From NCBI GenBank assembly GCA_963667175.2, contig CAXXXF010000016.1, forward strand, positions 384,001-448,000: DNA of 64,000 nt, written 5' to 3'. The position numbers and the translations under genes were made by a program. Positions 35,817-45,846 of the stretch are shown in pieces (positions within the stretch are counted from its first letter, which is position 1; each line of letters starts with the position of its first letter). The DNA comes from Candidatus Latescibacterota bacterium. GTDB lineage: Bacteria; Latescibacterota; UBA2968; GCA-2709665. A model generated the notes under the pieces. It was not told the origin of the DNA. It did no database searches and saw only the letters and a program-made list of their open reading frames with translations.

Positions 35817-37175
35817 ATGCGCCAAACAGACCGAAGATCAGCTCAAACGACGTTTCGCTTCCCAATCGGACGGTGGATACCCATCGCGATGTCCGCGGTC
35901 CTTATCGCGGCACACCCGGGATGCGGGGGAAAATCACCGGTTGACGAGGCGCCGGATGAAACGGAGGAGGATCAGGCCGAAGTGGTGCGGTCCGAAATGG
36001 CGCGAAAAACCTCGCTTTCCCCTTCGGACGTGAAGCTGGACGATCTGGTGCGCGGAAACAGCGCGTTCGCGTTCGACCTTTTCGGTGCGTTGCGAGAAAA
36101 GGATGGAAATCTATTCTATTCGCCGCACAGCATCTCCATAGCGCTGGCTATGATATATGCGGGCGCCAATGAAGAGACGGCACGGCAGATGGAGGAGGTC
36201 CTGCGTTTCCAGCTTGCTTCGGATCAGCTGCACCCGGCATTCAACGTCCTTGACCTCGAGCTTTCGTCTCGCGGCGAGACGAGCAGCGGTCAGGATGGTG
36301 ACGGATTCCGCTTGAACGTCGCGAATGCCATCTGGGGACAGAAGGAGTACGCGTTTCTGCCGCGCTTCCTCGACACGCTGGCCGAGAACTACGGCGCCGG
36401 TCTGCGCGTTGTCGATTTCATCCAGGATCCGGAAGCGTCGCGTCAGTCAATCAACGACTGGGTCGCTGAACGGACCGAAGACAGGATCCAGGACCTGATT
36501 CCGGAGGGTCTCATCGATCATCTGACGCGGCTGGTGCTGTCAAACGCAATCTACTTCAAAGCGGCCTGGCGCCTCCCGTTCGAGGAAAGCCTGACGTCGA
36601 CGGAGACGTTCCACCTGCTGAGCGGCGACCGCGTCGACGTACCGATGATGCGCCAGACGGAGACCTTCGGGTTCGCCCGGGACGAGACTGCCCGGGCTCA
36701 GGCGGTGGAATTGCCGTACGCGGGCGACGAGGCGTCGATGTTGCTCTTTCTTCCCGACGCCGGAACGTACGATCAGTTCGAACGCTCGTTGAGCGTGGAA
36801 CTCGTCAGTGAGTTCTCCAGGCAACTGAGCCCCGACCGACTCCGGCTTTCCGTTCCGTCCTTCGAGATCGAATCCGAATTCAGGTTGGCCGACACCCTGA
36901 AGGGCATGGGTATGGCGGACGCATTCAACCCTGCTTTGGCGGACTTCTCAGGGATCGACGGAACGAAGGACCTTTACCTCTCGGCGGTTGTTCACAAAGC
37001 GTTCGTCAAGGTGGACGAACGGGGCACGGAGGCCGGCGCGGCCACCGGAGGGACGATTGGCGTCACCTCGCTGCCGCCCGCGTTCACGGTCGACCGGCCG
37101 TTCATCTTCCTCATCCGCGACAACGCAACGGATGCCATCCTGTTTGTCGGGCGCGTCATGGATCCGACGAAATGA
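35817..37175 (+). CDS. serpin (serine protease inhibitor), probably exported/lipoprotein
   Basis: NLFYSPHSI, NAIYFKA.W, hinge ERGTEAGAAT, DRPFIFLIRD. Confidence 0.93.
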   Translation: MRQTDRRSAQTTFRFPIGRWIPIAMSAVLIAAHPGCGGKSPVDEAPDETEEDQAEVVRSEMARKTSLSPSDVKLDDLVRGNSAFAFDLFGALREKDGNLFYSPHSISIALAMIYAGANEETARQMEEVLRFQLASDQLHPAFNVLDLELSSRGETSSGQDGDGFRLNVANAIWGQKEYAFLPRFLDTLAENYGAGLRVVDFIQDPEASRQSINDWVAERTEDRIQDLIPEGLIDHLTRLVLSNAIYFKAAWRLPFEESLTSTETFHLLSGDRVDVPMMRQTETFGFARDETARAQAVELPYAGDEASMLLFLPDAGTYDQFERSLSVELVSEFSRQLSPDRLRLSVPSFEIESEFRLADTLKGMGMADAFNPALADFSGIDGTKDLYLSAVVHKAFVKVDERGTEAGAATGGTIGVTSLPPAFTVDRPFIFLIRDNATDAILFVGRVMDPTK

Positions 37176-37207
37176 TCCCGGTAACGTCAGCCGTCCCCAG
37201 ACCGGGA

Positions 37208-37257
37208 CACGAAGCGCAAGACCCGTACGTCATCAGGCGTACGGGTCTTGCTTCGTG
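37208..37257. terminator. hairpin between convergent genes
   Basis: CACGAAGC..AAGACCCGTACG / CGTACGGGTCTTGCTTCGTG stem. Confidence 0.65.
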
Positions 37258-37287
37258 CGGGAAGTTCGCAATATTCCAACGGTAATC

Positions 37288-37665
37288 TCAGGCGGGATCC
37301 GATTCGCGTTGAAAGAGCTGAAGGAGGACGTCGTTCGGACCGTTGAAGAAGCTGAGCCGGATATCCGTTCCCTCCGCGTCGAACGGCTCGACGGCAACGT
37401 TCACGCCGGCAGCCTTGAGATCGCCCGCGCTGTCGTCCACGTCGCCAACTTTGAACGAGATATGATGAAAGCCCACGTCCGCCTGCATGGTTTTCTGGGG
37501 CATCAGCTCCAGGATGACATTCCCTGCCTTCAGAAAGACGAAGTCCTCATCGTCGTCATTCGGGAAACGCTCGAGTTCGGTCAGGCCGAGTGTCTCTGTA
37601 TAGAAGCGTACGGCGCCTTCGATGTCGTCGCTCACGATCGCGATTTTGTGAATATTGTCGATCAT
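37288..37665 (-). CDS. VOC/glyoxalase-family protein
   Basis: IAIVSDDIE.AVRFY...LG, ILELM, HHISFKV.DVD. Confidence 0.88.
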   Translation of the reverse strand: MIDNIHKIAIVSDDIEGAVRFYTETLGLTELERFPNDDDEDFVFLKAGNVILELMPQKTMQADVGFHHISFKVGDVDDSAGDLKAAGVNVAVEPFDAEGTDIRLSFFNGPNDVLLQLFQRESDPA

Positions 37666-37745
37666 TTCGTTCTCCTGTGGTTGCGAGGATCAGGATCCCA
37701 CTCGTATTGCGATATCAGAATGCGCATTCGCACGGGCAGCCAAAC

Positions 37746-38867
37746 TCAATACAACAGCTCCCGCAGCCTCGGGGGAAGCGATCCCCGCTGCGCAGAATGC
37801 CGGTGCGTCAGGTCGAGAAGATCCACGCCGTAGAACGTCTGAAATGCTGAATGGATCTCTTTTTCATGGTCGGTCATCGCCGGCAGAGGCAGGTTCAACC
37901 TTAGCCCGTCCTTGCCGGCCGATTCGCGGACGGCCATCAGGACTTCGATGTCTTTTCGCGCGTTGTGCGCGCCATACTCCGGAGCCTCGCCGCGCACCGC
38001 GGCATCGTAGAGGCTGCACCACGCCTCGGCGATGGCAATTCCGTCCTCACCGGGAAGATTGTAGGCCGCGAGGGGCCGTTCCCGAACGACCTCGGGCAGA
38101 ATTCCCGCGACGGACCGATGTGTCGCTCCCATCAGCGCGGCGCCCCGGTCCCCAGTGACGATTCCCAGTTTCCTGTCGTCGCCGTAGAGGTGCAGTTGCA
38201 TTCCCCGTATGGCCCCTTCCGTCCCCAGAATCTCCCAGTAACCCTTCTTCTGCAGATTGTGTTCGTACGTCCCGCGAACGTTGTCCGACCAGCGTATGAT
38301 ACCCCGTTCTCTCACGTCCCTTGAGGCGGGGCGAGCGCCCGAAACGGCCCGAGGCTCCGATCCCAGAATCGACCGGATTGCGCTGATGCCGTGGTACGAA
38401 CCCGAGGTGTAGGAGAGGTAGAATTCCTTGACTTCGCCGATAAGACCCTGCTTTACAATCTTCTGCTTTAGCCGTTCGCGAGGCCATCTGCGGACGTTCT
38501 CGGAGACTTCCAGAAAAACGCCGTTATCCTCCGCGGCCCGGATCATCATGTCGGCGCAGGGCAGCGTGTGGGCGATCGGCGTCTCGGTGAGGATATGGAT
38601 TTTTCGTTCCGCCAGCACGCGGGCGACCGGGTGATGAATCTCCGGCTGGACCGCGATCAGTGCGGTATCCAGCGCCTCGGTGTCCAGCATTTCATCCAGA
38701 TTCGTGTACGCGTTCGCACCCAGCTTGCCCGCGACAGATCGAGCCTTCTCCCCGTCGATATCGCACACGCCGACCAATCTGTACCTGTCGGAAAGGATCG
38801 GCAGAACGGCCAGATGCGCGCTGGATCGCCCGCCGAGACCAATGACACCGGCATTCAAGATTGACAT
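37746..38867 (-). CDS. Gfo/Idh/MocA-family oxidoreductase
   Basis: GVIGLG, VCD, HILTETP, G.IGEV. Confidence 0.85.
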   Translation of the reverse strand: MSILNAGVIGLGGRSSAHLAVLPILSDRYRLVGVCDIDGEKARSVAGKLGANAYTNLDEMLDTEALDTALIAVQPEIHHPVARVLAERKIHILTETPIAHTLPCADMMIRAAEDNGVFLEVSENVRRWPRERLKQKIVKQGLIGEVKEFYLSYTSGSYHGISAIRSILGSEPRAVSGARPASRDVRERGIIRWSDNVRGTYEHNLQKKGYWEILGTEGAIRGMQLHLYGDDRKLGIVTGDRGAALMGATHRSVAGILPEVVRERPLAAYNLPGEDGIAIAEAWCSLYDAAVRGEAPEYGAHNARKDIEVLMAVRESAGKDGLRLNLPLPAMTDHEKEIHSAFQTFYGVDLLDLTHRHSAQRGSLPPRLRELLY

Positions 38868-39111
38868 GCAACCGGATCCTCCCGTTACGTGGTCGCAAGG
38901 TTGTTGACATGATCGCCCGCCACCGCGGAACCATTCGGCGATCGGCACAGCCGTTCGGAAGGGCCCTGACTGACAACGTCAGGAAGCTTCGGATCTCCCT
39001 ACCGGTGCGATTGCGAGCACTGCCGGATCCGTCGTGAATCCGTCCGCGATAGAGAAAGAGGCACTCGAAGAGCGCCTCGCGTCACGTCACCGTATCCAGC
39101 CTGCATGCGGG

Positions 39112-39759
39112 TTACCGATCCTTTGCGGCCGCCTCCTTCAGCATCTCGACAACCTCGGTCTTGTCGCGATATTCCGCCAGCCAGAGCGCGGTCTTCCCGT
39201 TTCTGGTGACGGCGTCGGCGTCGGCGCCCTCATCCAGCAGGCGGCCCACCACGTCCTTGTGGCCCCCGTAGGCTGCGTAGATCAGCGGTGTCCAGCCCGA
39301 ACGCGCGGAGGCATTCACGTCCGCCCCCGCGGTCAGCAGGACGTGGACCACGCCCGTCAAGCCCGCGTCGGCGGCGAGCATCAGAGGCGTCCGTTGGTTC
39401 AGATCTCTGGCATCCACGACGGCGCCAGCCTCCAGCAGGATCTCGGTGAGCGTGGAATCCTTCTTGATCGCGGCCTCCATCAGCGCCGTCCGGCTATATA
39501 GATCGTCGTTGACGTCGGCGCCTGCGTCGAGCAGAAGCCGCACCACCTCGGGAACCGCCTTCTTCGCGGCCTCGATCAATGGGGTCGTCCCCGCCTTGCC
39601 CTCTTCGTTCGCGTCGGCGCCTTCGTCCAGGAGCTCCTTTACCCCCTTTTCATCTCCCTTTTTGACCATGGCGATCAGATCCGTGTCCTCGGCGGATTTG
39701 CACGCCGAAACCACAAGAAGCGGGACCAGTACCACGAGATTCAACGTACGACTCGCCAT
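39112..39759 (-). CDS. ankyrin-repeat lipoprotein
   Basis: repeated TPL..AA..G....V..LL..GAD.N; lipobox VSAC. Confidence 0.9.
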   Translation of the reverse strand: MASRTLNLVVLVPLLVVSACKSAEDTDLIAMVKKGDEKGVKELLDEGADANEEGKAGTTPLIEAAKKAVPEVVRLLLDAGADVNDDLYSRTALMEAAIKKDSTLTEILLEAGAVVDARDLNQRTPLMLAADAGLTGVVHVLLTAGADVNASARSGWTPLIYAAYGGHKDVVGRLLDEGADADAVTRNGKTALWLAEYRDKTEVVEMLKEAAAKDR

Positions 39760-39983
39760 ACGAACACCGGTTTTCGAACCATGTTTTGCGCTACAAATCC
39801 GCCTTGTGGATAACAACTGAAACAACACGCCCCTCGCCGATCCGCTCTTCAAATGCAATTGTCATTGTACGTCCGGCATCGGGAAGTCTCCAGAATCGCG
39901 AACCCGCCGACCGCCTCTTCGTCCGGAACGACCATTGGACATTCCTGCCGGATCCCGGGTTCCGCCCGGAGTCCGTTCGGCGT

Positions 39984-40406
39984 TTATTCGCCGGATTTGG
40001 AGAAGACCAGGGTCAACGTCCGGGCCTGTCCGTCCACCTGCGCGGAAATCAATATGGTTATCGTATTTCCCCCATCTGAAACCTGGCCGGATTGGGTACC
40101 GCCGCCGTCGGGCGTGAGCGTCAGGTTCGAACCCGATGCGACGTACCCTCCCGTCTGTGCGACCCGTATCACGTCGTCTGAACCCGCAGTAACAAAAGAT
40201 GCCACAACTGAATACCGGTTTTCGGTCAAGGTCATGATCCCGGAAGCGTTTGGAGGAGATATCGCGGAACCCCCGGAAGGCGTCAACCTCAAAAGATCGT
40301 AGGACCCGGCCAGCGTCTCGGAAGCCGCGGGGTTATCGTCGTTGTCGTCTCCGCCGCACGCGACACAGACACAAATCGTCAGCAGACCCAACAGGATGGG
40401 CTTCAT
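39984..40406 (-). CDS. small lipoprotein, lipocalin-like beta barrel
   Basis: signal MKPILLGLL...VAC, acidic linker, LAGSY.L. Confidence 0.65.
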   Translation of the reverse strand: MKPILLGLLTICVCVACGGDDNDDNPAASETLAGSYDLLRLTPSGGSAISPPNASGIMTLTENRYSVVASFVTAGSDDVIRVAQTGGYVASGSNLTLTPDGGGTQSGQVSDGGNTITILISAQVDGQARTLTLVFSKSGE

Positions 40407-40618
40407 CAATGCGTTCTCCTTTTGGATTTCCAACGCGATACCCCCGCGCAGGTGGTCGAAACACGCGGGAACAGCGTTCAATTTCAATATAAATCGCGTA
40501 CGAATCTCCGGCAAGCGTTCTTTTGGGAGGCTGGACGTTTCGGACCTCGTCTCAGCCCCCGGCAGAGTGGACGTGCAGACGAATGAATTCTCATTTTAAA
40601 ATTCTGTTTTTTTTGGTG

Positions 40619-40647
40619 TTGACATTGGAAAATATCTGAGTTATCGT
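40619..40647 (+). promoter_or_regulatory. sigma70 promoter upstream of HU/IHF gene
   Basis: TTGACA-17 nt-TATCGT with AT-rich UP region. Confidence 0.55.
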
Positions 40648-40692
40648 TGACCCTTCCATAGCTGTCGGAATCGGATTTATCGGGGGAAACGT

Positions 40693-41004
40693 ATGGCAAC
40701 GATCACGAAGGCTTCTCTGGCGCGTTATCTTTCGGACAACATCGGCCACCCCAAAACCAAAGCCTTAGAAGCCGTCGACGTCCTGTTCGAAGCCATGACT
40801 TCTTCCATCTGCAATGGAAAGCGAATTGAGATCCGTGGTTTTGGTTCCTGGGAAGTCAAGGAAACGAAGGAAAAGACCCAGGCGCGCAATCCCAGCACCG
40901 GGGAAACGGTTTACGTGCCCGCGCGCCGCAAAGTCATGTTCAAACCCGGAAAGATTTTGAAAAAGGTGCTGTCCCAGTCCCTGGAATCCGGAACCCCGAA
41001 GTAG
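40693..41004 (+). CDS. HU/IHF-family DNA-binding protein
   Basis: IEIRGFGSW, ARNPSTGE, FKPGK. Confidence 0.93.
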   Translation: MATITKASLARYLSDNIGHPKTKALEAVDVLFEAMTSSICNGKRIEIRGFGSWEVKETKEKTQARNPSTGETVYVPARRKVMFKPGKILKKVLSQSLESGTPK

Positions 41005-41033
41005 ACCTGCGTCCCGAAACGCCGAAACAGCGC

Positions 41034-41840
41034 ATGCGATGGCGTGAAAAGCTGAAGCAGTTTCAGGCCGACGGTCCGAACAGGCTCCTGGTGGTCAGCG
41101 ACTGGGACCGAACCCTGACGCGGGCCACGGCGGAGGACGGCAGAGACCAGTCAACGTGCTCGGTCATTGCCAACAGCGGGCATCTCGGACCGGCCTTCGC
41201 CCGTCGTTACCGGGAGCTGTTTGACCGCTATCGCGGAATCGAACGCGCGTCGGATATTCCAGGGCGCGAGAAGTTGCCCCACCTGCGTCAGTGGTGGACC
41301 CGCCAGTTCGATCTGCTGCTTGAATACAAATTCAACATTCGGATCATTCATCGGATTGTGGGTGAAAACCGGCCGCACCTTCGAGAAGGCGCGCGCCGTT
41401 TTTTTTGTTGCCTCCACGACCGAGGCATACCCCTGATCATTCTGTCGGCGGGCATCAGGCAAATCATCGAAGCCAGGCTCGCGGCTGTTGGCGTACCCAC
41501 CGCAAATGTCGTCATCATCGCCAACGTCCTCGCCTTTGACACGAAAGGCGATGCGGTGGCGTACAATACGCCGCTCATCCACAGCCTGAACAAAAGCGGG
41601 GCCGGCGCCAAAGCGTTCCCCGGACGCCGGAACCTGCTTCTCCTCGGCGACACGCTTGAAGATATCAACATGGCGGCGGGCATCAGCCACGAAAGCCTGC
41701 TCAGCTTCGCCTTCCCCGTCGATTGCGACCACATTGAAGACTTTCGGTTCATATACGACGTCGTACTCGCTCCGGAAGCCTCTCTGGCGCCCGTGAATGC
41801 GGTCTTGAACGACGTCTGTGCGCCTTCTCGTCGGCATTGA
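41034..41840 (+). CDS. HAD hydrolase, pyrimidine 5'-nucleotidase (cN-III/UMPH-1)-like
   Basis: VSDWDRTLT, EK...L.QWW, ILSAG, IHSLNK, LGD...D..MA. Confidence 0.75.
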   Translation: MRWREKLKQFQADGPNRLLVVSDWDRTLTRATAEDGRDQSTCSVIANSGHLGPAFARRYRELFDRYRGIERASDIPGREKLPHLRQWWTRQFDLLLEYKFNIRIIHRIVGENRPHLREGARRFFCCLHDRGIPLIILSAGIRQIIEARLAAVGVPTANVVIIANVLAFDTKGDAVAYNTPLIHSLNKSGAGAKAFPGRRNLLLLGDTLEDINMAAGISHESLLSFAFPVDCDHIEDFRFIYDVVLAPEASLAPVNAVLNDVCAPSRRH

Positions 41841-42081
41841 CCGGGCGCGACAGGCGTCACGGCTGACGGCCGGTCTCCCGGACAGGACCATGCGCGTGCA
41901 TCCGCCCGCGTGTAGACATGCGGACCGTTCAACGCGCGTCCTGTTGATGCGTCAACGGAACCCGAACGGGCCATGGCGCGTGGCCTGTCCCGCGAAGGAA
42001 AGGAGGCGAATCATGAAGGAGATTACCACGCGGAGGGTGTCCGGTCGATAAGGACGGCCGACATTCCTTCAGAAAGTCGAA

Positions 42082-42113
42082 CCGGGCGCCCCCCAAAAGG
42101 GGCGCCCGGCTTT
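42082..42113. terminator. GC-rich bidirectional terminator
   Basis: CCGGGCGCCCC/GGGGCGCCCGG stem between convergent transcripts. Confidence 0.75.
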
Positions 42114-42144
42114 GTGTCGTAGATTTGGAATCTGGAGCCTGCGC

Positions 42145-43512
42145 CTACTCCATCCGTAATGGCATCACCAGTGCCTTTCGGTCCGGATGGTCTGCCGGTA
42201 CAAAAAGGATGGCCTTCAGCGGGTCCGTAACGAAAACGTCCAGTTCCCCTTCTGCCTCGAGCCCGGAGACCACGTCTCTCAGGAAGGCGTGGTTTACATG
42301 GATCCTGAAGGGGTCAGGACTGTCCTCGATGGAAACATCGCCCTCCACGGTGGTCGAAAACCACCAGTATGGAACTCCAGTCCAGGCCTCATCATCTGTT
42401 GAGACCATGCCGCCGGCCTTTTCCTGCCGGACCTTATAACCCATATCCCGCGACGTGGAAAGAGAGAGCCCGCCGGGCGCTGACGCAATCTGAATCTCGA
42501 CTCGTGGCTGATATTCCCATGTCTCCGACGCCGGGTGTCTGGGTTCCAGGTGCTCGGCGATCAAATCAATTGCTCGCATCAATTCGCCTGCGTCCAGCCT
42601 GACGCGAAGGCCCGCCGCGTCGGGAATAACCGCTTCATAGTTCACGTAGGGCTCGTCGATGATCGAAATAGCCCTTTGAGCTTCTCCTTCCAGGCAGAGA
42701 ATCGCCTCGTCCTCCCCGATCGACAACCTGGCGGGTCCCGTATGTGCCGCGTGCAATTCAAAATCGGGTTCCAGTAGCACTTGTGACTTCAGGTCCTCAG
42801 TCCCCTGGAGCGTGCGCAGCAGCAACCTCACCCCATCGCACGCAACAACGCGCCCGCCAGTGTCCAGACAGACCCCCCGAAGCCGGTTACGGGACTCGTC
42901 GTTACTAACCAGCCGGGTCGCCCAGTGGAGGGCACTGAGATCCTGTGCGGTAAGATCGTAGGTTTCTGCAATTCCTGTCATCTCGCTCATCTCCTTTCGG
43001 ATCCGCTGCCTCGCCTTCTGCAGGCGGCTGCGGACCGTGTTGACTTCCAGTCCCAGCTGATATGCGGTTTCCGCGTAGGAACGCCCTTCGAAATAGTGCT
43101 TTTCGATCACGTCCCGATGCGCTTTCGAAAGCCGGCGAATCGCCTGCCTGATCATCATCCGCGCTTCCCGTTCCGCCCCCGAATCGTCGACCGCAAGTTC
43201 CTCCCATTCCCCGGTCAACAGACGTTCGAAACGAACCTGGACCATTCGCCGGCGGTACCACTTTCGGGCCGTGTTTTCCGCGATTTTCGAAAGCCACGGG
43301 GAAAACCGGCTTTCATCCCGCAGTTGACCCAGACGCCGAAACGCCTGCAGGAATACCTCCTGCGCCAGGTCTTCGGCATCGTCCGGTTGCCTGACGATAC
43401 GGCGGATTCTCGCGAAAACCAGGCCTCCGTGGCGCTCCACGAGGCAGCCGAACGCCCATGTCTGTCCTGAACCTGCAAGCCGGACCAGGTCCCGGTCCTC
43501 AAGTGGTTCCAA
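42145..43512 (-). CDS. ECF sigma-70 factor with C-terminal DNA pol III beta-clamp-like domains
   Basis: sigma2 DAEDLAQEVF...WL..IA.N; sigma4 SYAE.A..LG....TVRSRL..AR; then DESR..L.GV, ACDG.RL, Y.NY..VIP, N..FL.D, MPLR. Confidence 0.8.
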   Translation of the reverse strand: MEPLEDRDLVRLAGSGQTWAFGCLVERHGGLVFARIRRIVRQPDDAEDLAQEVFLQAFRRLGQLRDESRFSPWLSKIAENTARKWYRRRMVQVRFERLLTGEWEELAVDDSGAEREARMMIRQAIRRLSKAHRDVIEKHYFEGRSYAETAYQLGLEVNTVRSRLQKARQRIRKEMSEMTGIAETYDLTAQDLSALHWATRLVSNDESRNRLRGVCLDTGGRVVACDGVRLLLRTLQGTEDLKSQVLLEPDFELHAAHTGPARLSIGEDEAILCLEGEAQRAISIIDEPYVNYEAVIPDAAGLRVRLDAGELMRAIDLIAEHLEPRHPASETWEYQPRVEIQIASAPGGLSLSTSRDMGYKVRQEKAGGMVSTDDEAWTGVPYWWFSTTVEGDVSIEDSPDPFRIHVNHAFLRDVVSGLEAEGELDVFVTDPLKAILFVPADHPDRKALVMPLRME

Positions 43513-43633
43513 ATGACGCCTCCCGGAGGCGGCGGATCGTCACGCACGCGACATGAATACAGATACCCGTTGCGTCGGAAAGTATCCCGCGGAAGGGAAA
43601 AATACCTCCTCGCGTCCGGCCCCCTTTCTTCAC

Positions 43634-43659
43634 AAAAAAAGCCACCCGATACGGGCGGC
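43634..43659 (-). terminator. intrinsic terminator
   Basis: GCCGCCCG-TAT-CGGGTGGC followed by T7 on the minus strand. Confidence 0.75.
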
Positions 43660-43697
43660 AGCTTGCCAGGTGCGCAATGAAGACGAGGCGACGTCCG

Positions 43698-45776
43698 CTA
43701 TAACGTGACCGCGAGGCTGCTGACGGGACCCTTCACGCCGGCGCTGTTGACGGAACGCACCCGCAGGGTGTTCAGTCCGCTGTGCAGTCGCCAGTCGAAG
43801 GCCTCCGGGCTCGGTTTCCATTCATCCCGGTCCACGCTGGACAGAAAACCCGAGAAACAGGGTGTCTGCGTCTCCAGGCTGACCCTCAGCAAGGCCGCGT
43901 TCCGCGTCGTCTCCACCGTGTACCGGGTCTGGTTCATCGTCGGATAGAAGTCCGACCGCCGGTTCGTATGACGCGAGAAGTGCGGCAACGGCGGCACGTT
44001 GTCATCGGCCCAGTTGAGATACCCGTCCCACGCCCAGATCTCCGTGCCCTGACTCACCGGAAGCGGCCGCGGCTGGCTGAACACGTTGCTGCGCGGAATC
44101 ATCCGGAAGTGGCAGAAGGACCGGAACAGAAAGTGCGCGCCGTCGGTGGTGGAAAACTCGTGGCGGCCTTCCCGAATTGCAATCGGCAGGTCGCGGACGA
44201 GGGTTTCCAGGTCCTGCCGGAACAGATACGGACGATCCCAGCGCTCGACGTCCTCGAGCCTGTCCACCAGGACCCGGCGCACCTCGAGCGTATCCAGCGG
44301 CACACGCGTCCCGGGATCGTACCAGTAGAAATCCCGCGTGGCGTCAAGATGGACCCACTTGCCGTAATCGTTCGACCAGACCTCCGCAATCTCGTGCCCG
44401 GTCATGCCTTCGCTGTGAAAGTTCACGTGACGCGCGGGAAAGCCGAAGCTCAGACACGCGGCCACGAGCGCCACGTTCGGATAAAGACACATCTTGTCGC
44501 GCCGGCGTTCCCTGTATCGATTCATCACAATCGACCCCGACTCGTCCCGCTCGAGCACCAGCCAATCCAGGACGTTCCAGGGAAAGTGCCGGCACGCGCC
44601 CAGCGGAACGGCATACGCCCACGCCATCAGGCGCTCGATGGCTTCGAATTCCGTCTGAGCCCCGGCGACAACGGCATCCAGTTCGAACCGTTCGCGCAGT
44701 TCGCGCAAGGTGGCGTGACTGTAGTCTTCGTCCGCGGTCCAGTAAGAAGACCGCCTGATGGCCGGGTTCTCCGCATTGACGATCCGCGGACGCGGGGCGC
44801 CGTCAGGGCGCACCTCCGCCTGAACGCGCATCGTTCTCAGAACAGGAGTGCGCGCCGGGTGGGACGTCTGTAACCGCATCCGCCACTGAAGGTACCGTCC
44901 CAGCAGGCGCGTTACCGGCGACCCGCGTTCACACGACTGCCATTCGCTCCAGCACGCCCCTTTCACAACCGGCCCGGCCCCCGTGCGCACCTCACAGCTC
45001 ACAGCAGTTCCGCCGGGGACGTCCGCGTCCCAGTCCAAACGCAATTCACGAATGGATTTGCGCCGCTTCACGCCTTCGCGTTCGCCCGCGGCATCGATGA
45101 CCGGCGACGTGACAACCCCTTCTTCGCGGTACCCGTCCACGATCAGCCGGATCACGTATTCGCCGCGTTCGGGCGCCCAATCGCCATTTCGGCGCACAAA
45201 ACTCGACGCGGGCAGCACGACCGGGTCCGCCGTCCCCTTTTCAAAGTCCCGGTAATCCGCCACCATCAGGCTCCATCCCACCCTCCCGCCGGCCACGTCG
45301 ACGACCAGATGGTTTTCTCCCTGCCGCAGACATCCCGGCGGAAGTTCCACGTAATACCACCGGCTCCAGCTCCACGCGCCTTCATCGGGCGCCAACTCCC
45401 AGTACTGCCGGGCATCGGGAGTCGCCAGCGGGGACGGCGGCCGCAGCACCTCCCGTCCGTTGACGTTGAATCGCAACGTGGCCGAATGCCCTCTCCGCTC
45501 CCTTGCGACAAAAGCCACCTGTGCCTTCCCGGGAGGACGCTGCGCCAACGTCAGTGTCTTCTTCAGCGCCACCCGGCCGGACAACGCCAGGAACGGATCC
45601 TCGTCCATGTCGTCCGACCTTCCGGCCCCGGGGCTGTCGTTCTCCGCTACCGAACCCTTGAAAAGGCGGATCCCGTCTTCTTCTTCCCCCATCCAGAGAT
45701 CCGTAACGTCCGAGGCGTCGTAGGTCTCTCGCGCGGGAAAGCGGGACTTGACCCGCCTGTATCCGTCTCCAGCCAT
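43698..45776 (-). CDS. large protein with transglutaminase-like domain
   Basis: Cys (KMCLY), His (GHEIAEVW), Asp (WVHLD) triad pattern. Confidence 0.7.
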   Translation of the reverse strand: MAGDGYRRVKSRFPARETYDASDVTDLWMGEEEDGIRLFKGSVAENDSPGAGRSDDMDEDPFLALSGRVALKKTLTLAQRPPGKAQVAFVARERRGHSATLRFNVNGREVLRPPSPLATPDARQYWELAPDEGAWSWSRWYYVELPPGCLRQGENHLVVDVAGGRVGWSLMVADYRDFEKGTADPVVLPASSFVRRNGDWAPERGEYVIRLIVDGYREEGVVTSPVIDAAGEREGVKRRKSIRELRLDWDADVPGGTAVSCEVRTGAGPVVKGACWSEWQSCERGSPVTRLLGRYLQWRMRLQTSHPARTPVLRTMRVQAEVRPDGAPRPRIVNAENPAIRRSSYWTADEDYSHATLRELRERFELDAVVAGAQTEFEAIERLMAWAYAVPLGACRHFPWNVLDWLVLERDESGSIVMNRYRERRRDKMCLYPNVALVAACLSFGFPARHVNFHSEGMTGHEIAEVWSNDYGKWVHLDATRDFYWYDPGTRVPLDTLEVRRVLVDRLEDVERWDRPYLFRQDLETLVRDLPIAIREGRHEFSTTDGAHFLFRSFCHFRMIPRSNVFSQPRPLPVSQGTEIWAWDGYLNWADDNVPPLPHFSRHTNRRSDFYPTMNQTRYTVETTRNAALLRVSLETQTPCFSGFLSSVDRDEWKPSPEAFDWRLHSGLNTLRVRSVNSAGVKGPVSSLAVTL

Positions 45777-45846
45777 CTTCCGGCCTCTGCCGATTCGCAA
45801 GTGCGCCGCGGACGGCGTACCGTATGCGGGGTGGACAGAACACCGC

